A stretch of DNA of 64,000 nucleotides from Phoronis australis (lineage: Eukaryota > Animalia > Phoronida): positions 269,640-333,639 of the forward strand of contig NMRA01000160.1 in NCBI GenBank assembly GCA_002633005.1, given 5' to 3'. Every line of letters begins with the position of its first letter. The stretch's first letter is position 1. The translations under genes and the position numbers were made by a program. The notes below the pieces were generated by a model. That model had not been told where the DNA came from. It did no database searches and saw only the letters and a program-made list of their open reading frames with translations. This document shows positions 39,698 to 51,892 of the stretch, one piece after another.

Positions 39698-42189
39698 GGG
39701 GAGGAGTTCACTCTGAAAATATATTTTTTGCATTGTGAATTGCTGTTATGAAAATCAACGCGTTTCGAGTGTTCGTGGCTCATCGGCAAAACCCCGGAGA
39801 TCAATTGTGCGCGCGCTTCCGACGACACTTCTGAAGTAGCCAAGCATTTTAAATGGATCCACCGCTGAAAGAGCAGCTCTATAGCTGACTTCTTTAGGTA
39901 ACTAGTTTCTTTTCTCTAAGATATGTTTTGATTTGATTAGGGGAAATACTGTGGTGCCGCAACCATGATATTCAGGCGAATTGACGTGCAGCGTTTTTAC
40001 CTCATCTGTCATGCCGTGTCATCCCCTTACACCCCACACGTTTTTAACTCGAATTTGACTGGTATATTGTAAAGTTGTCTTGCGCAATATCATACAGTGT
40101 ACATGTACATGTAATACTTTTGAAAAAACTCGTTTTCCGAAGAATTGCTATTGTGGCGGGCGCCGTGGTCTGATCGCGAGTCTGTTTGAAGATGCACTCT
40201 TCCAAGTTATGTCTATACAAGGAATGACCAATGGGGCACTCACTTTGACAAAGGGACCGCATTCGCGAACAGTGTACAGTACCGGAAATTGCGGGGAGGC
40301 TGTATTTTCAAAACAAAGTCTTGCGGGACTCGTGCGATGTTCAATGGGCCTCCTAAGGAGCCCTAGTGCCGACCTCAACACCTACCGTCTTTCTACCTGC
40401 CGTTTTCTATACTGGGAATTTCCACAGAAAGGCCCACCCGACGAAACGCCCATGCCCATGGGCATTTATTTGATGATAGTACCTCGGGTTTCAAGCGTTC
40501 ACACATTGGAACGTTTATTTCGAAAATTGCAAGAGATGCAAATGGGTCCTGGGATACATCGTCAAGGTTTGAAGTAGTCCATGATGAACGGATCAAATTT
40601 AGTTGCGCATGGTGTAAGTCTTTTGAATGGACTTCGTAACCTCAGGGGCTTAATGCCAACTGAGCTGCGAAACGAGATGCTGACATTGTAGAGGCGGACA
40701 AGCTCATTGACACAGCAGTTAACGAAGTGCAAGCGTTGGGAACAAACGTCGAAGATGTCTGGGTAGAATGGTTCCAAGAGCAGCAAACTATTGGATCCTA
40801 TGTACAGATTCCTCGGTTTTTTATGCTTGTGTACAATGAAAACGAAATAGAAATTATTTTTGGACATGCCAAATTTACCCAGTACAGCAGAGGGTCTACG
40901 AGCACACAGAAACTGATTCTGGTTCATGTTTCCACTTGAGTCTATCTGCTTCATATCCAAAATCTTATTTCACGTAGTGCGTAGTTTAACCTGTACTCAA
41001 TACTTGTTTCTTCCTGTGAGTACTACAGAACGGTGCGAAAACCCTTTCTAGATAACCTCTCGCAGTTGACCACCAGATGTTTAAACTACACGTATGAGCA
41101 AACACTGGGGATTAAAAGGTGTCTAGAGAGAAGTTTTCAATTCAAATTTTTTTGCAAAGTGAGCTTTAGGTCTCGCGACGGACCAGGCCAGCTTGATTTG
41201 TGTAGATATCGAGTTTATGTGTACTTCTGGTCCCTCGGCGAACTAGTCTTGTGATGTTTTTACCAAAATGTGTTTCATAAAACTGTTATCTCAGCCAGTA
41301 CTGTTTGGTCCCGCGACAGATCGACTATTATTTTAGGGATAATAAGCACAGGTGTACTTTTGGTCTCGTGACAGGCCAGACCAGAGTTTTTGTGTACTCT
41401 CAGTGTACATCTGGTCCCTCTACGAAACTGCTCCTGTATATCTTTTCAGCACGGTGTAGGCCTACAGAGTGTTTTGGTTTCGTGAAACTAAACTGTTTTC
41501 AGATAATTTGATTCCTGATACATTTGACGTTTTTCAATTGTTGTCAACTTGATTCAGCTTAATAAAGTGATACTTAATTGTTTATTGTTGCTTATAATAA
41601 TAGACTATGAGCTGAGAGCATCATCTTCGCCAGTTTTTCTCGTAACGAGACAGAACACATGTTTATTTCCGGACTAACAGTAGGCCTACAGGTCTTCATT
41701 CTTAAACAGCTTGAGGCTGTTGCGATCATCTGATATTCAAGTTTTTACGCCCCGTCGGTGCTCCTTATGCTCTTGAATGTTTGGCAGTTGTCTAAACCCC
41801 TGTTTACACACCACACTTTTTTCGTATGCTAAAAAGGTGTGGGTAAGCAGATGTTCCAACAAACATTTTAGCCGGTGGTGTGACTCATACCCAGATGTGC
41901 ACAAATGTGGTTTCACGAAACTTATGAGCCAAGTTCATGTGACGAAATCGAGAAGGGCTTTTAATTATCTTAAGAAAAACTCCAGGGACATGTTAAGTAC
42001 CAGAAACGTGCCAGGAAGCATGGCAGTTTCACTGTTTGGCTACCATGAAAAACAAAAAGTTGTCTTACAAGGAGGGGGGTTTGCCCCCCCCACCCGACCT
42101 CCGCCCCCCCTCTCGGCGCCACGCGCCTCGGATTCGACCTTTGCGGGAATCCTAAAACCCTCCTTACTGAAAACGTAGATCCGCCACTG
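39698..42189 (+). mobile_element. hAT-like element copy 1 with a decayed transposase (left end lost in gap 39076-39697)
   Basis: Ends ctgaaaacgtagatccgccactg; 39700-40954 is the inverted homologue of 57814-59180; encodes KRDADIVEA...DEVQAL..NVEDVWVEWFQE...QIPR, resembling Tip100/P52rIPK-type hAT transposases. Confidence 0.7.
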
Positions 42190-42555
42190 AGTGTTTGTAA
42201 GGTTTTATGCATGGCTTGGAAATCTTGTTGCTTCTCATTTCCATATCTGTAAATGTTTTTTGTTTTTATTATGTTTTGTGATAGAATATCTAAATATTTG
42301 AATACTTCTATTAGATACTACTTATATAGTTCTATGTATACCACTTTCATCTGTCTTCAACCCAGATATAATGCCTCGCGATTTCTGGGCTTGTCATTAT
42401 TTTCCCCGTATGTTCTGTGTATTCTTGAATAAATGTACATCACCTTAAAAACTGAACCAGATCAATAACGGTCAAATGTGGCCGGTTGCCCTGGGCTATG
42501 TTCCCTGAATACTTTGCGCGTGAGTAGATGTTGCTCACTCGCTAATGTTATGTTT

Positions 42556-43454
42556 GGTTACAAGGCAGTAGCCCGAAGGGGCACCAGTCCGAGCGTGCAC
42601 TAGTCCGAAAATACATAAGATTTCGGACTCATGTGAATTTTTCACCTTTTTTCTATATACACTAATTCACAATACTTTGATTGTTATAAAAGTGGCATAG
42701 GTCTACCTACCAAAAACAACTGCCCGCCCGGTACAAATACACTTTGTTCCGGTTTCCTGCTCGTGGCAGATTGGACTTCAAAGCATGCCTTGACGTTGAT
42801 CTGTACATGAATTTTCTGTACGTCGCTGAGTTAGCCCGAAAAAATAACAAAACATTTTCAAAAAAGCTCCTACGTCTGCTCTGGTGCGTCAACGAAGATG
42901 ACACTGTGTGCTTAAAACCTACGAACTTTCGCAACGAAAGAAAAAAGTAAATTAATTCATTGTTCATGGCAAATTTTGGCTCATTCTACTTGTAAAAACT
43001 TGAGACACGAAGAATGACACACAGAAGAGAATTTTGTTGTTCGCCAAAAATCTGACAAGTTAAAGATTCTTTTCAAACTGTTTTTTAGAGACAGTCCGTG
43101 CCTTTATAGATGTATACTTTTGTTACTAACGTTCCTGAGCTGCAATTGATTCACTCTCCCGTTGTACGTCAGTCAACCGGAAAAAAACATTTGATTGGTT
43201 GCCGGCGACGTCTTCCGCTTCACAAACCAATCAAAAGAATGTCTGATAAACTCACCGTAGTGAATCAAGTGCAGCCATTGACTTGATACTCGCGATGCTT
43301 TCCGGGCGCATCAGTGAGTTTCGTAAAATTGTGATGAAATTGGATTTTATTGCTTTATGTCTCAGTTCCGCCGTGTTACTAGACTTTCGGACTATTGCAC
43401 CTTCTGATCAGTGCACTTTAGGACTAGTAAACCTTCGGACTTGAGCGGTGCTCC
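42556..43454. mobile_element. MULE/MuDR-like non-autonomous element
   Basis: 10-bp direct repeat TGTTATGTTT at 42546-42555 and 43455-43464; GG...CC ends; inverted subterminal arrays of (CT)AGTCCGAA. Confidence 0.65.
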
Positions 43455-43496
43455 TGTTATGTTTTACTGTCACTTTATCATTACGGTGAGCTCCAC

Positions 43497-45034
43497 TCTG
43501 ATGGAATTCACACAGTCTGTTCAGCAGCTCACAACACGGGTTACTGGGGTCAGCTTACCGCTTGAAGGCATCGTTTAACACCAATAAATCATCAAACTTC
43601 GATGTAAAACGCTTAAAAATACACCGAGTTCTTATGAAAACGTGTTGTTTTATTTCGCTCTTACGGATTTAATGGTATTTGGACACACCGTAGCCTACAA
43701 AGTTCGACAGGCCAATAAGGTCCGTAGCAGGAGTTTGGGATCTGTTCGGAAATAATTTTGAAGTATTTTCCGTGAGATACAGACAGGAGAACCTAGATCT
43801 GTGTTGTGTAGACTTGTGATTTTTTGAGTTCTAAGCACAAAACGCTTGTTATGCTGGCCAGTGGCTCGGAGCCCGATCAGGCACGTCGCGGCCGGTCGGA
43901 TTGACTCGTTATCCCGGCCAGTGGCTCGGGAACTGATCAGACATCACGAACATAAACCAGCCAAAGTTCAGTGGAAACTAAACTTCCAGTCAAGAAAATA
44001 CTATACTAGTGAGCCAAAGTAATGTACACGTGATTATGTTGGGGAATTAGCCACGAAACTGCAAATCTACTCGTCGGGGGCCGCGAATTCAAGTTCCACT
44101 TTGGCCACAACACTGTCAGGGATGAAGTCGTACATTAACACTCATTATTTGAGTAATGTAAATGTAAATAAAGATTCCCCTAACACCTGGCCGTGATATG
44201 GAAATCGAGTTGTTTCACAACAGTTTCTGCCAGCAAACACTAACTTAGCATGAGCTCACACGGCCTACCCGTCAATTAGTTTTATTGCACTTCAAAAGCC
44301 GGTAACGCATTGATTTATTCATTGCTGGCTTCTCAAATCATTTGCACTCACAAACACTCAAAAGGCTTTACAAATTGCATCTAATGAGACAGACTTCGTT
44401 TCAGTTTTATAAAAGTATTGGTTAGGGTGAGAATAATTCATTTTGAAACAGAACGCTCAGTAATAAACGCCAACATGGCAACTCGCAATCCCGACTTAGG
44501 ACGAGCTAGAGCTCATCAGTCCCGACTTTGCAGGTGGATCGTTAAGTTTTACAGGCTATCAATTCGAACAGGAATACAGTGATGAAGAAATACTATAGCA
44601 GCGCCGTGAACAAGCTCCGACATCGGAACGTATGCACTTATTTGGTAAGCCGGCATTCGTCAGGCACTGTCGACGTCTGCAGGCCACAGACACGGAGATG
44701 TTTCAGGGCCTCATACTTGCTATTTACAGCGTACATTTCATTCTTCACTACCGTGAGCCACTTCCTAAGCATTTCAGACTCTCGAGGAAGTAAAAAAACG
44801 ATATACCCGCTTTCCTCGCAGCTGCTTAGTTCGGACAAGCGGGAACGATGCACCGCAACATAGCAGCATTCACTCTGCATATGAACCACTGACGTCGCTA
44901 GGGTCGTTTCTCACCTTCCTCAAAGGTTAACGCGACATCTCTTGGCGAGGTAAGGTCGACCGTATGCGAGGCGATTTGGATATAGACCGATTAAGACGGC
45001 AAAAAAGACTAATTAAATCGGGTGGCATTCTCCT
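43497..45034 (-). mobile_element. Kolobok/THAP element copy 2 (inverted, one end truncated)
   Basis: Reverse complement of 7658-8147 and 8582-8775; ends GGGTGGCATTCTCCT|TTAA; THAP-like ORF 44889-44638. Confidence 0.75.
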
Positions 45035-48022
45035 TTAAATCAATAGAGGGACGTTGCATGAAAATGCACACATTTATTTTTAATCATATTAGGAACGCAG
45101 AGTTGCCGTTGACATGTATTGAAACTGTCGATGTAGTTATCAAGGTGCAATATCACTGAGATAAAAGGAAGTTAGTATTAACGCAAATCAGAGGGGAATT
45201 CAGGGAGCATATTGGATAAATTTGAGCCCCTAGTTAGGACTGTACATGCAACGGGCCACTGCAGCCTTAGCTCTCGGGATGAGAAGAATATCCGTGTACT
45301 ATTGTTCATTATTATATATTTACTTAAATAATTTATCACAATGCATATATAAACCTAGATGTAATAATACTTTCTTCTTGGTTAATTCTTGCACTGTTGT
45401 AGTATGGTCTTGTAGTCATGTACATCTTTTGCAATAAAATGTCCTTTGTCGCTCAGTTGTGAAGGCCATTATGTTCAGGTTCGCCAAGGGAAATTCAAAC
45501 AGACGTTCTGTACAAATTCTGTTAGTTCTGTTAACATAATGTTAAGTTCTGAGATCACCATTTTTTGCATTAAAATCAGTTTTCTGAGCTTTTTAAATAA
45601 GACCAAAAAGTGTATAGTTGGCTTATGTTTGATCGCTCCTACTCAGTAAGATACTTGCGCCTCACCATTAAAGAAATAACGTCCAGCTGTAGCAATCTTA
45701 GGAAATCCCTCCAGCGTTTTTAAATGCCCCCACCTGCATCAGTAAAATTGGTATGGGTTGAAAAGAAAACTTGTGCTGATATAAAGAGTTATTCTGTTGA
45801 ACGTAACAGATAGCACAACTGTGCACGCCATAGCCAATTAGCCCATTTTATGTTGGTTTGGCATAATCTGAAGAGGATGGGGCACGTACTTGTCGTGCAC
45901 AAGGTAAAGAAAGGAATGGCGGAGTGAGTTTAAGTCGAACATGTTATGTCGTGCAGACGCAGCTCTTACAATACATGGAAGCTACATTTCCGTCGATTAA
46001 AGGATTCCAGGTGAGTGCACAAGATGTTGACGCCTTTTGTCCAGTCACCGAGTGGAATCAACGCCTCATAAATAGTTCTCGGCAAACGTACAACTCACGA
46101 GAACTGGAAACAGAAAAAATTTCACAAGCAGAAATGGGCGCTTGGCATTGGTTTTGAAGCCTTTATTACGAGATAATGTCTTGCCATTTTGTTTCAAAAT
46201 ATAGCAATGTTGCATGATTAGATAATCTGACCGGACCTAAGTAAGATAATACACGCTATTGTCGGAAAGCTGTCGCAGTTTGATTTTCGATCTGAACACC
46301 TGCCAAGCGATCGGATGGACATTGCAAACCACGAAGTTGTTACGCTTTAGATTACGTAAAACTGAAGAATGACACAAACACGTCTTCGTGCAGTGCATTT
46401 TCTTTAATGCGCTGACACGGCTTACTCCTTATTATTACCAACGAAAAATTATTTTTGATGTCTGCATTTATTGACAACAAAAACAGGATCCAAATCAGAA
46501 TGATATGTTTGCTTTACAGGATTCATAATAATCACCACGAAGCTAAATTCAGCAAGAACAACATACAATAATAATTACCAGATTATGTATACATTTACAT
46601 CTATAATTAAAATTAGCGCCAATTTCCAGAACCAGATGGGATCCAAATGTCCCCTTCCCAGCGCCACCTGTAGAGTGATTCCGGTCGTTGCTTGTATTGG
46701 GTGAGTTACTTAGCGTAAGACACTCTCAAAACATTGGGAGGAACAAATCTTCGCTCATAGAACGGAAAAGTGAATTCATTATGACACAACATCAAAGCCT
46801 CGATGACAGAAAGCCACTTTGCTAACCTGCGCCAATATTTCTATTTCCAGCTTTTTTACGATTAAGTTTAAAATCGGCAATTTCAGTAATTTGGACAAAA
46901 TCGTTTTTTAAAAAAGAATACCAAACCGGGTCTTGGCCTATGAACAGACATTAAACAGGACTTTTCCATCCAATTCTCCGAAACAAAATAATGCCCTGTC
47001 ATCCCCCAAACCCTCAAAAGCTTGGAGGAATATTTGAAAATTTTCAAATTCTGCTTTTAGCGAAACTCACGGCAACAGTGGCGAGAGACCACCTACCGAG
47101 CACCATAATACCTAATTTGTGACATACATGCAGGGAGTAAGAATTTTTGTTAATTCCTGCTTTTATCGTTCAAGATCGACGCCGTTGATGCCTTAGCAAG
47201 TGTCAGAATCAGGATTGGTTGAAATCATCAAAACAGGGTTTATTTAGTATCATTTAACAGTAATATTTGTTGCAATAGATGTATAATCTACGTATACTGC
47301 GAATACCAGAAATCTTTTTCTCAGTGTGTTATTGGCAAGTATTATTGATTGCTCAAGTGCTCAACATGTACAGCAGTTTAATCCATATCAAATAAAATTT
47401 TCTCCAGTGAAGGGCACCTTAAAACATGGAAACTTGTTAAACATTGAATTAGAAATACTTTATTCAGCGGTACGAGAAAGTAATGAATTGTCAGGTGAAA
47501 GTACTATCAAAATGTACTTTTACAGCACCGTTCCATCTAGTACACAATGTCATTCTTTTGATCAGAGAAAATGCGTAAAAATTGTCTTTAATTAAATTTT
47601 AATTAATAACAAAACGACTGGTCATTTCATCATCTAAGGTTGTTGTAAGCAATAAGCATTCTGTTTGTTGGCCTTGTTACACGCATTTTCGTCTGAACAG
47701 TTACCACTGAAGAGCTAATAATAGACGGCGAAACCTACTGAAGAAAACCGCGGCTTTTGGGTCTCAAGTAATGTCTAGTTTAACACATAATTAGTTGCTG
47801 CAAGAATTCAGGAGACACGACATTCAAAACGTTTTATAACAACAATTTTGGTTGGGCTACGCGTACTTGCGTTTTCTGAGCGCAACGCTTATGTGTTATC
47901 AGTTTCATTTCTGGTGAACTCTGTCAGCCTGTCTTTGACTTGACTGGCCCGTGGCACGTTAATCCAAATACAATTTCAAGCCCTCTGTGTCTACTTCGTC
48001 CTTATCATCATGTAGAACTCTT

Positions 48023-50797
48023 TTATACCTCGCGCCTCATTGTAAACCGCTTAATATAACCAACAGCCAGAATGAGCCCAGCGGATGAAACTACAAAACC
48101 AGTTGCGCAGACGATTAGTGCAATTTCAACTCCTTTGGCAAAGCTTTTTGCCTTTTTATTAACCGATTGGGGACATTTTCCTAAATTGAAAACGACATGG
48201 CCCACCATATTTTTTGCTGCACATGAATACTCGTTAACGCAACGCAGCTGCATATCACGTGCACCGACTTTGACTTTTCTCGAGCTATATGGGTAGAAAT
48301 GTTGACTGGAAACATTTAGAACTGTTCTGGGCAAGTTTCGAATTTGAATTTTGGGTGCAGGGTCCCCGGAAAACACACACTCGACAGTAGCAACCTTGGA
48401 GTCTGTTATCATTCCAAATCTGATTAAAACTGGTGACTGGCATGTCAGGTTGAAAGAAATGAAATCGCGCATTGTTACAGTGACGGGCGTGGAACAAATT
48501 TGACTCCTGCTTGGTGAAAACGTCAGCGACCCGTTCAATAGAAGTTGCTGAAGAGGGCGTAGTAGACAGTTACAGTGGAGAGGGTTTCCCGCAAACAAAA
48601 GTTGAGGATTCATTGACTTCGTGTCGGTCACTTTTCGGAAACTGGTTATCGAGAAAGATCGCAATTTGTTGTATGATATATCTATTAGGCTCGCGTGTGG
48701 TAAAGCGTTTTCTTCTATATATTCAATTCGATTATGTGAAAGTTGGATTAAATAGATGTTCTTAAAGTTTCCAAGAAGGTTGGACTGGAGGGTTATTAAC
48801 CGGTTGTTTTTCAGAAACAATTGATCGAGATTCCATAAATGGTTGAACGCGCCGGGTTCTATTTGTTGAATCACATTGTTTGCCAGATTGAGATAGTGAA
48901 GAGAACGTGACGCATTCTTCAACATTGCCACGGAAACGTGGTGCAATCGATTGCCATATAAATCTAGCTTCTCCAAGCTAGGTAACCTTTGAAAGCCAGC
49001 ATCCCAAACGTGTTCGATCATGTTTGACGAAAAGTCGGCGCTTCTAAGAGAGGTAGATGCTAGTACAGATTGGTCAAGAATTCTCAGCTTATTATGATTT
49101 AAATCCAGTGTTCTAAGGTTAGGAAGAGCATCCAGTGTACCAGGTTCGATCAGGTGTATGTTATTGTAGGATAGGTCGATTCTGTCGAGGTTTTTAAGTC
49201 CTAACAACATCGTTGCAGAAACGATAACTAGTTTGTTTGATTTTAGTTTGAGAGATGACGTCCTACTTTGGTAAGAAAACGCGTGACTTTCAATCCATCC
49301 AAGCTTCATATTTAAGCTTATGTCCAGACTTTGAATATTTTGAAGAAATGCATGACCAATAGTTACTTTTTGTTTTCCATTGTGCACGATTCGAATAATC
49401 GGTCCTGAAATTGGCCTCAGGAATGTGCTGTTTTCATTCACTGTGCGAAGAAAGATGTCGAGGGACATGCTCACGTTTATGGAGGGGAGGTCCTCTGGCC
49501 TCCTCACCTCGATGCTTAGAGTTTTCAAACGTCGACTTGAAAATACACCGTGTGGCACTATAGCCAAGGGATTGCGATGAACAAACAATGTTTTTAAGCT
49601 TCTTGGAAAGTAGAACATCGTTCTAATATTGTTATTATCAATCCGTAGAACCTGAAGGTTTTTGGTTTCATGAAAAGTGTTTGGTTCCACGCACGACATG
49701 CCGTTATAGCCGACATTTAACTCGACTAGATTCGACAGTCCTTTTAACATGTTTCCATTCAAGGCCGTCAAGTTGTTACCTGCAAGATTAAGAGTGTTCA
49801 GAGATGTGAGGTATTCAAAAACCTTTTCTGGTAATTCAGAAATATTGCTTGTGTGCAAGGACAATTTTTCAAGGTGACGGACATCAGCAAACATTGAATT
49901 TGATAACGAGAATAAAAAGTTATTTTTTGCAAGGCGTAAAACTGTCAACATGGGTGCAGATTTCAAGGCAGAATAATGTATTCTCGTGATACTATTTCCT
50001 TCAAGACTGAGTAGTTTTAAGTCGCCAAGACCCACCAGACTGTCATCTTGTAATTCATCTAGTTCATTCCGATCCAGGAGAAGAATTTCTAAAGAGAGGC
50101 ACCTAAGGAATGGTGACCCTTGCAGTGACAGTATCGTGTTTTCAGTCAGGTCTAATCTACGGAGATTCGGTAAATTGCGACAGAAGTCAGGCGGAATTGA
50201 AACTAAATAATTGTAGGACAGATCCAGCTCAGAAAGAGTATCCAAACTTTCAAAAGCGCCCTGTTCGATGTAAGACACGACATTATTACCCAACAACAAG
50301 CTACGGAGCTCCCTCAACCCTTCAAACTGTGCACGGCGTAGAGTTCTCAACTTGTTTTGCTCAAAATTAAGGGCTTTTAGAGACGGCATTGAAGAAAACA
50401 CACGATCTGGAATAAACTTTACTTTGTTGTTGCTGAGATCCAGACTCTGTAGAGAAACTAGTCCTTTGAAAGATCTTTCTGAGATGTGGTAGATGTTGTT
50501 TATGTCCAGTCGGAGAAAAATCAGGTTGGTTAACTGCTCGAAAGATTCGTCGGCGAGGGATGTCAAGTTGTTCATTGAAATAGTTAAGCTTGTCACGTAG
50601 TCTCGCACAGGTGAGAACGCATTTCCCTCAATTTGCTGAATTCCACAGTCACTTAAAACGATGAAACGTGTACCCCAATATGGTTCCATAAAGTGTTTGG
50701 TCAAAACAGGAATAGGTTCCTCGCATCCTGATGAAGAAACGACTCTCACTCGCATGCACATGCAGCTCAAAAACAGAATCAAACTAATTAACTGCAT
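48023..50797 (-). CDS. Intronless type I membrane leucine-rich-repeat protein (signal peptide, about two dozen LRRs, LRRCT, Ig-like domain, TM helix, short tail); LIG/Toll-ectodomain-like, no TIR domain
   Basis: Uninterrupted ORF; first ATG at 50797 (MQLISLILFLSCMC hydrophobic leader); repeated LxxLxLxxNxI; NPLHCNC...C..P LRRCT; VECVFSGDPAPKI...YSCAAKNMVG Ig pattern; IALIVCATGFVVSSAGLILAVGYI TM followed by KR. Confidence 0.93.
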   Translation of the reverse strand: MQLISLILFLSCMCMRVRVVSSSGCEEPIPVLTKHFMEPYWGTRFIVLSDCGIQQIEGNAFSPVRDYVTSLTISMNNLTSLADESFEQLTNLIFLRLDINNIYHISERSFKGLVSLQSLDLSNNKVKFIPDRVFSSMPSLKALNFEQNKLRTLRRAQFEGLRELRSLLLGNNVVSYIEQGAFESLDTLSELDLSYNYLVSIPPDFCRNLPNLRRLDLTENTILSLQGSPFLRCLSLEILLLDRNELDELQDDSLVGLGDLKLLSLEGNSITRIHYSALKSAPMLTVLRLAKNNFLFSLSNSMFADVRHLEKLSLHTSNISELPEKVFEYLTSLNTLNLAGNNLTALNGNMLKGLSNLVELNVGYNGMSCVEPNTFHETKNLQVLRIDNNNIRTMFYFPRSLKTLFVHRNPLAIVPHGVFSSRRLKTLSIEVRRPEDLPSINVSMSLDIFLRTVNENSTFLRPISGPIIRIVHNGKQKVTIGHAFLQNIQSLDISLNMKLGWIESHAFSYQSRTSSLKLKSNKLVIVSATMLLGLKNLDRIDLSYNNIHLIEPGTLDALPNLRTLDLNHNKLRILDQSVLASTSLRSADFSSNMIEHVWDAGFQRLPSLEKLDLYGNRLHHVSVAMLKNASRSLHYLNLANNVIQQIEPGAFNHLWNLDQLFLKNNRLITLQSNLLGNFKNIYLIQLSHNRIEYIEENALPHASLIDISYNKLRSFSITSFRKVTDTKSMNPQLLFAGNPLHCNCLLRPLQQLLLNGSLTFSPSRSQICSTPVTVTMRDFISFNLTCQSPVLIRFGMITDSKVATVECVFSGDPAPKIQIRNLPRTVLNVSSQHFYPYSSRKVKVGARDMQLRCVNEYSCAAKNMVGHVVFNLGKCPQSVNKKAKSFAKGVEIALIVCATGFVVSSAGLILAVGYIKRFTMRREV

Positions 50798-51516
50798 GAT
50801 CACAAGTCGACACGTGCATGCATCCCATGCGATGCTACGGTGTGAGAAAGTGAACGCTCTTGATTACTGTTATATACTTTTGTCTACTCAGGGCAAGAAG
50901 CAGTACAATGGTCGCTATATACTATGATGAGACCACGACATCTGGCGACAACATCGAAACATGAATCTAATGGATAAACTTTTCAACACAGTGGTCATGT
51001 GCTTTATTCTTATTTCTCTAATATATTATGACTGTAACCTCATTTGTTAATTAATCAAACGTCTGAAGTTAGCATGCGCCGATTTCTGATATATTCGACC
51101 TAAATGAAACTACTTGATCAAAAGTATAATTGAGAGAAACGCAAATGATATAAACTAAAATCATGACACCGGGTATTCCATTTTGAAGCAAATGCACTAA
51201 ATTAATTACTGTAATTGGCATTTTCATGTAAAGGCTTTGTGTTCTGATTAGATACAAAAGGAGGCAACATCTATAGTATAGGTTTGAAAGTAACTGTAGC
51301 AAGTTATCAGAAAGACAAAAATTATTGGGGGGGGGGGAGGGCACAAACAATTCTACTTCGCCAAAGTACCTCCCACCCCTTATCGCCACCACCTCCATCT
51401 CCAACCCTCCCTCCCCCTGTGATTCCGAAGCAGCCGTATCTGTACCGAATCTCCAGGCGATGCCTGGCATCAGGTGTTGAGTGACTGAGAGCCATCAAAG
51501 TTTCACAGAGAGCAAG

Positions 51517-51720
51517 GATGGGCCTAGTCCAGCCCTCTGATGGGCCTAGTCCAGCCCTCTGATGGGCCTAGTCCCGCCCTCTGATGGGCCTAGTCCCGCC
51601 CTCTGATGGGCCTAGTCCAGCCCTCTGATGGTCCTAGTCCAGCCCTCTGATGGGCCTAGTCCCGCCCTCTGATGGGCCTAGTCCAGCCCTCTGATGGGCC
51701 TAGTCCAGCCCTCTGATGGG
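51517..51720. repeat. 22-bp minisatellite, about 9.3 copies (GATGGGCCTAGTCC(A/C)GCCCTCT)
   Basis: Units start at 51517, 51539, 51561 ... 51715 with no spacers. Confidence 0.95.
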
Positions 51721-51892
51721 TAGCTGGGATGTGTGTCAAGAAACTGTGGCTGAGATCTACTGACAGAGTGAAAATACGAAATTCGATGAGCTAAAGCTAG
51801 TCGCTGGTCAGCTCAGCTATGATTCACTTGAGACAGGCAGCTTAGCTCTTACCTATCTGTCCGCGCTGGCTCTAAGGTCAAGATTCGTTTTA

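Noticed and set aside
41160-41490. Spaced GGTC(T/C)CG.GAC-like repeats resembling a repeat-spacer array
   Set aside because: The repeats are degenerate, the intervening sequences resemble each other, and they lie inside a hAT-like element.
6068-46672. Scattered CTCF-like AG(G/A)TGGCGCTG motifs (near 6072, 9251, 10410, 46660)
   Set aside because: Short motifs, some inside repeats; binding cannot be supported from sequence alone.
48072-50927. Short plus-strand ORFs overlapping the LRR gene
   Set aside because: Antisense shadow ORFs with no recognisable motifs.
51517-51720. CRISPR-like array or tandem hammerheads (CTGATG in each unit)
   Set aside because: There are no unique spacers and no GAAA half of the hammerhead core; it is a plain minisatellite.
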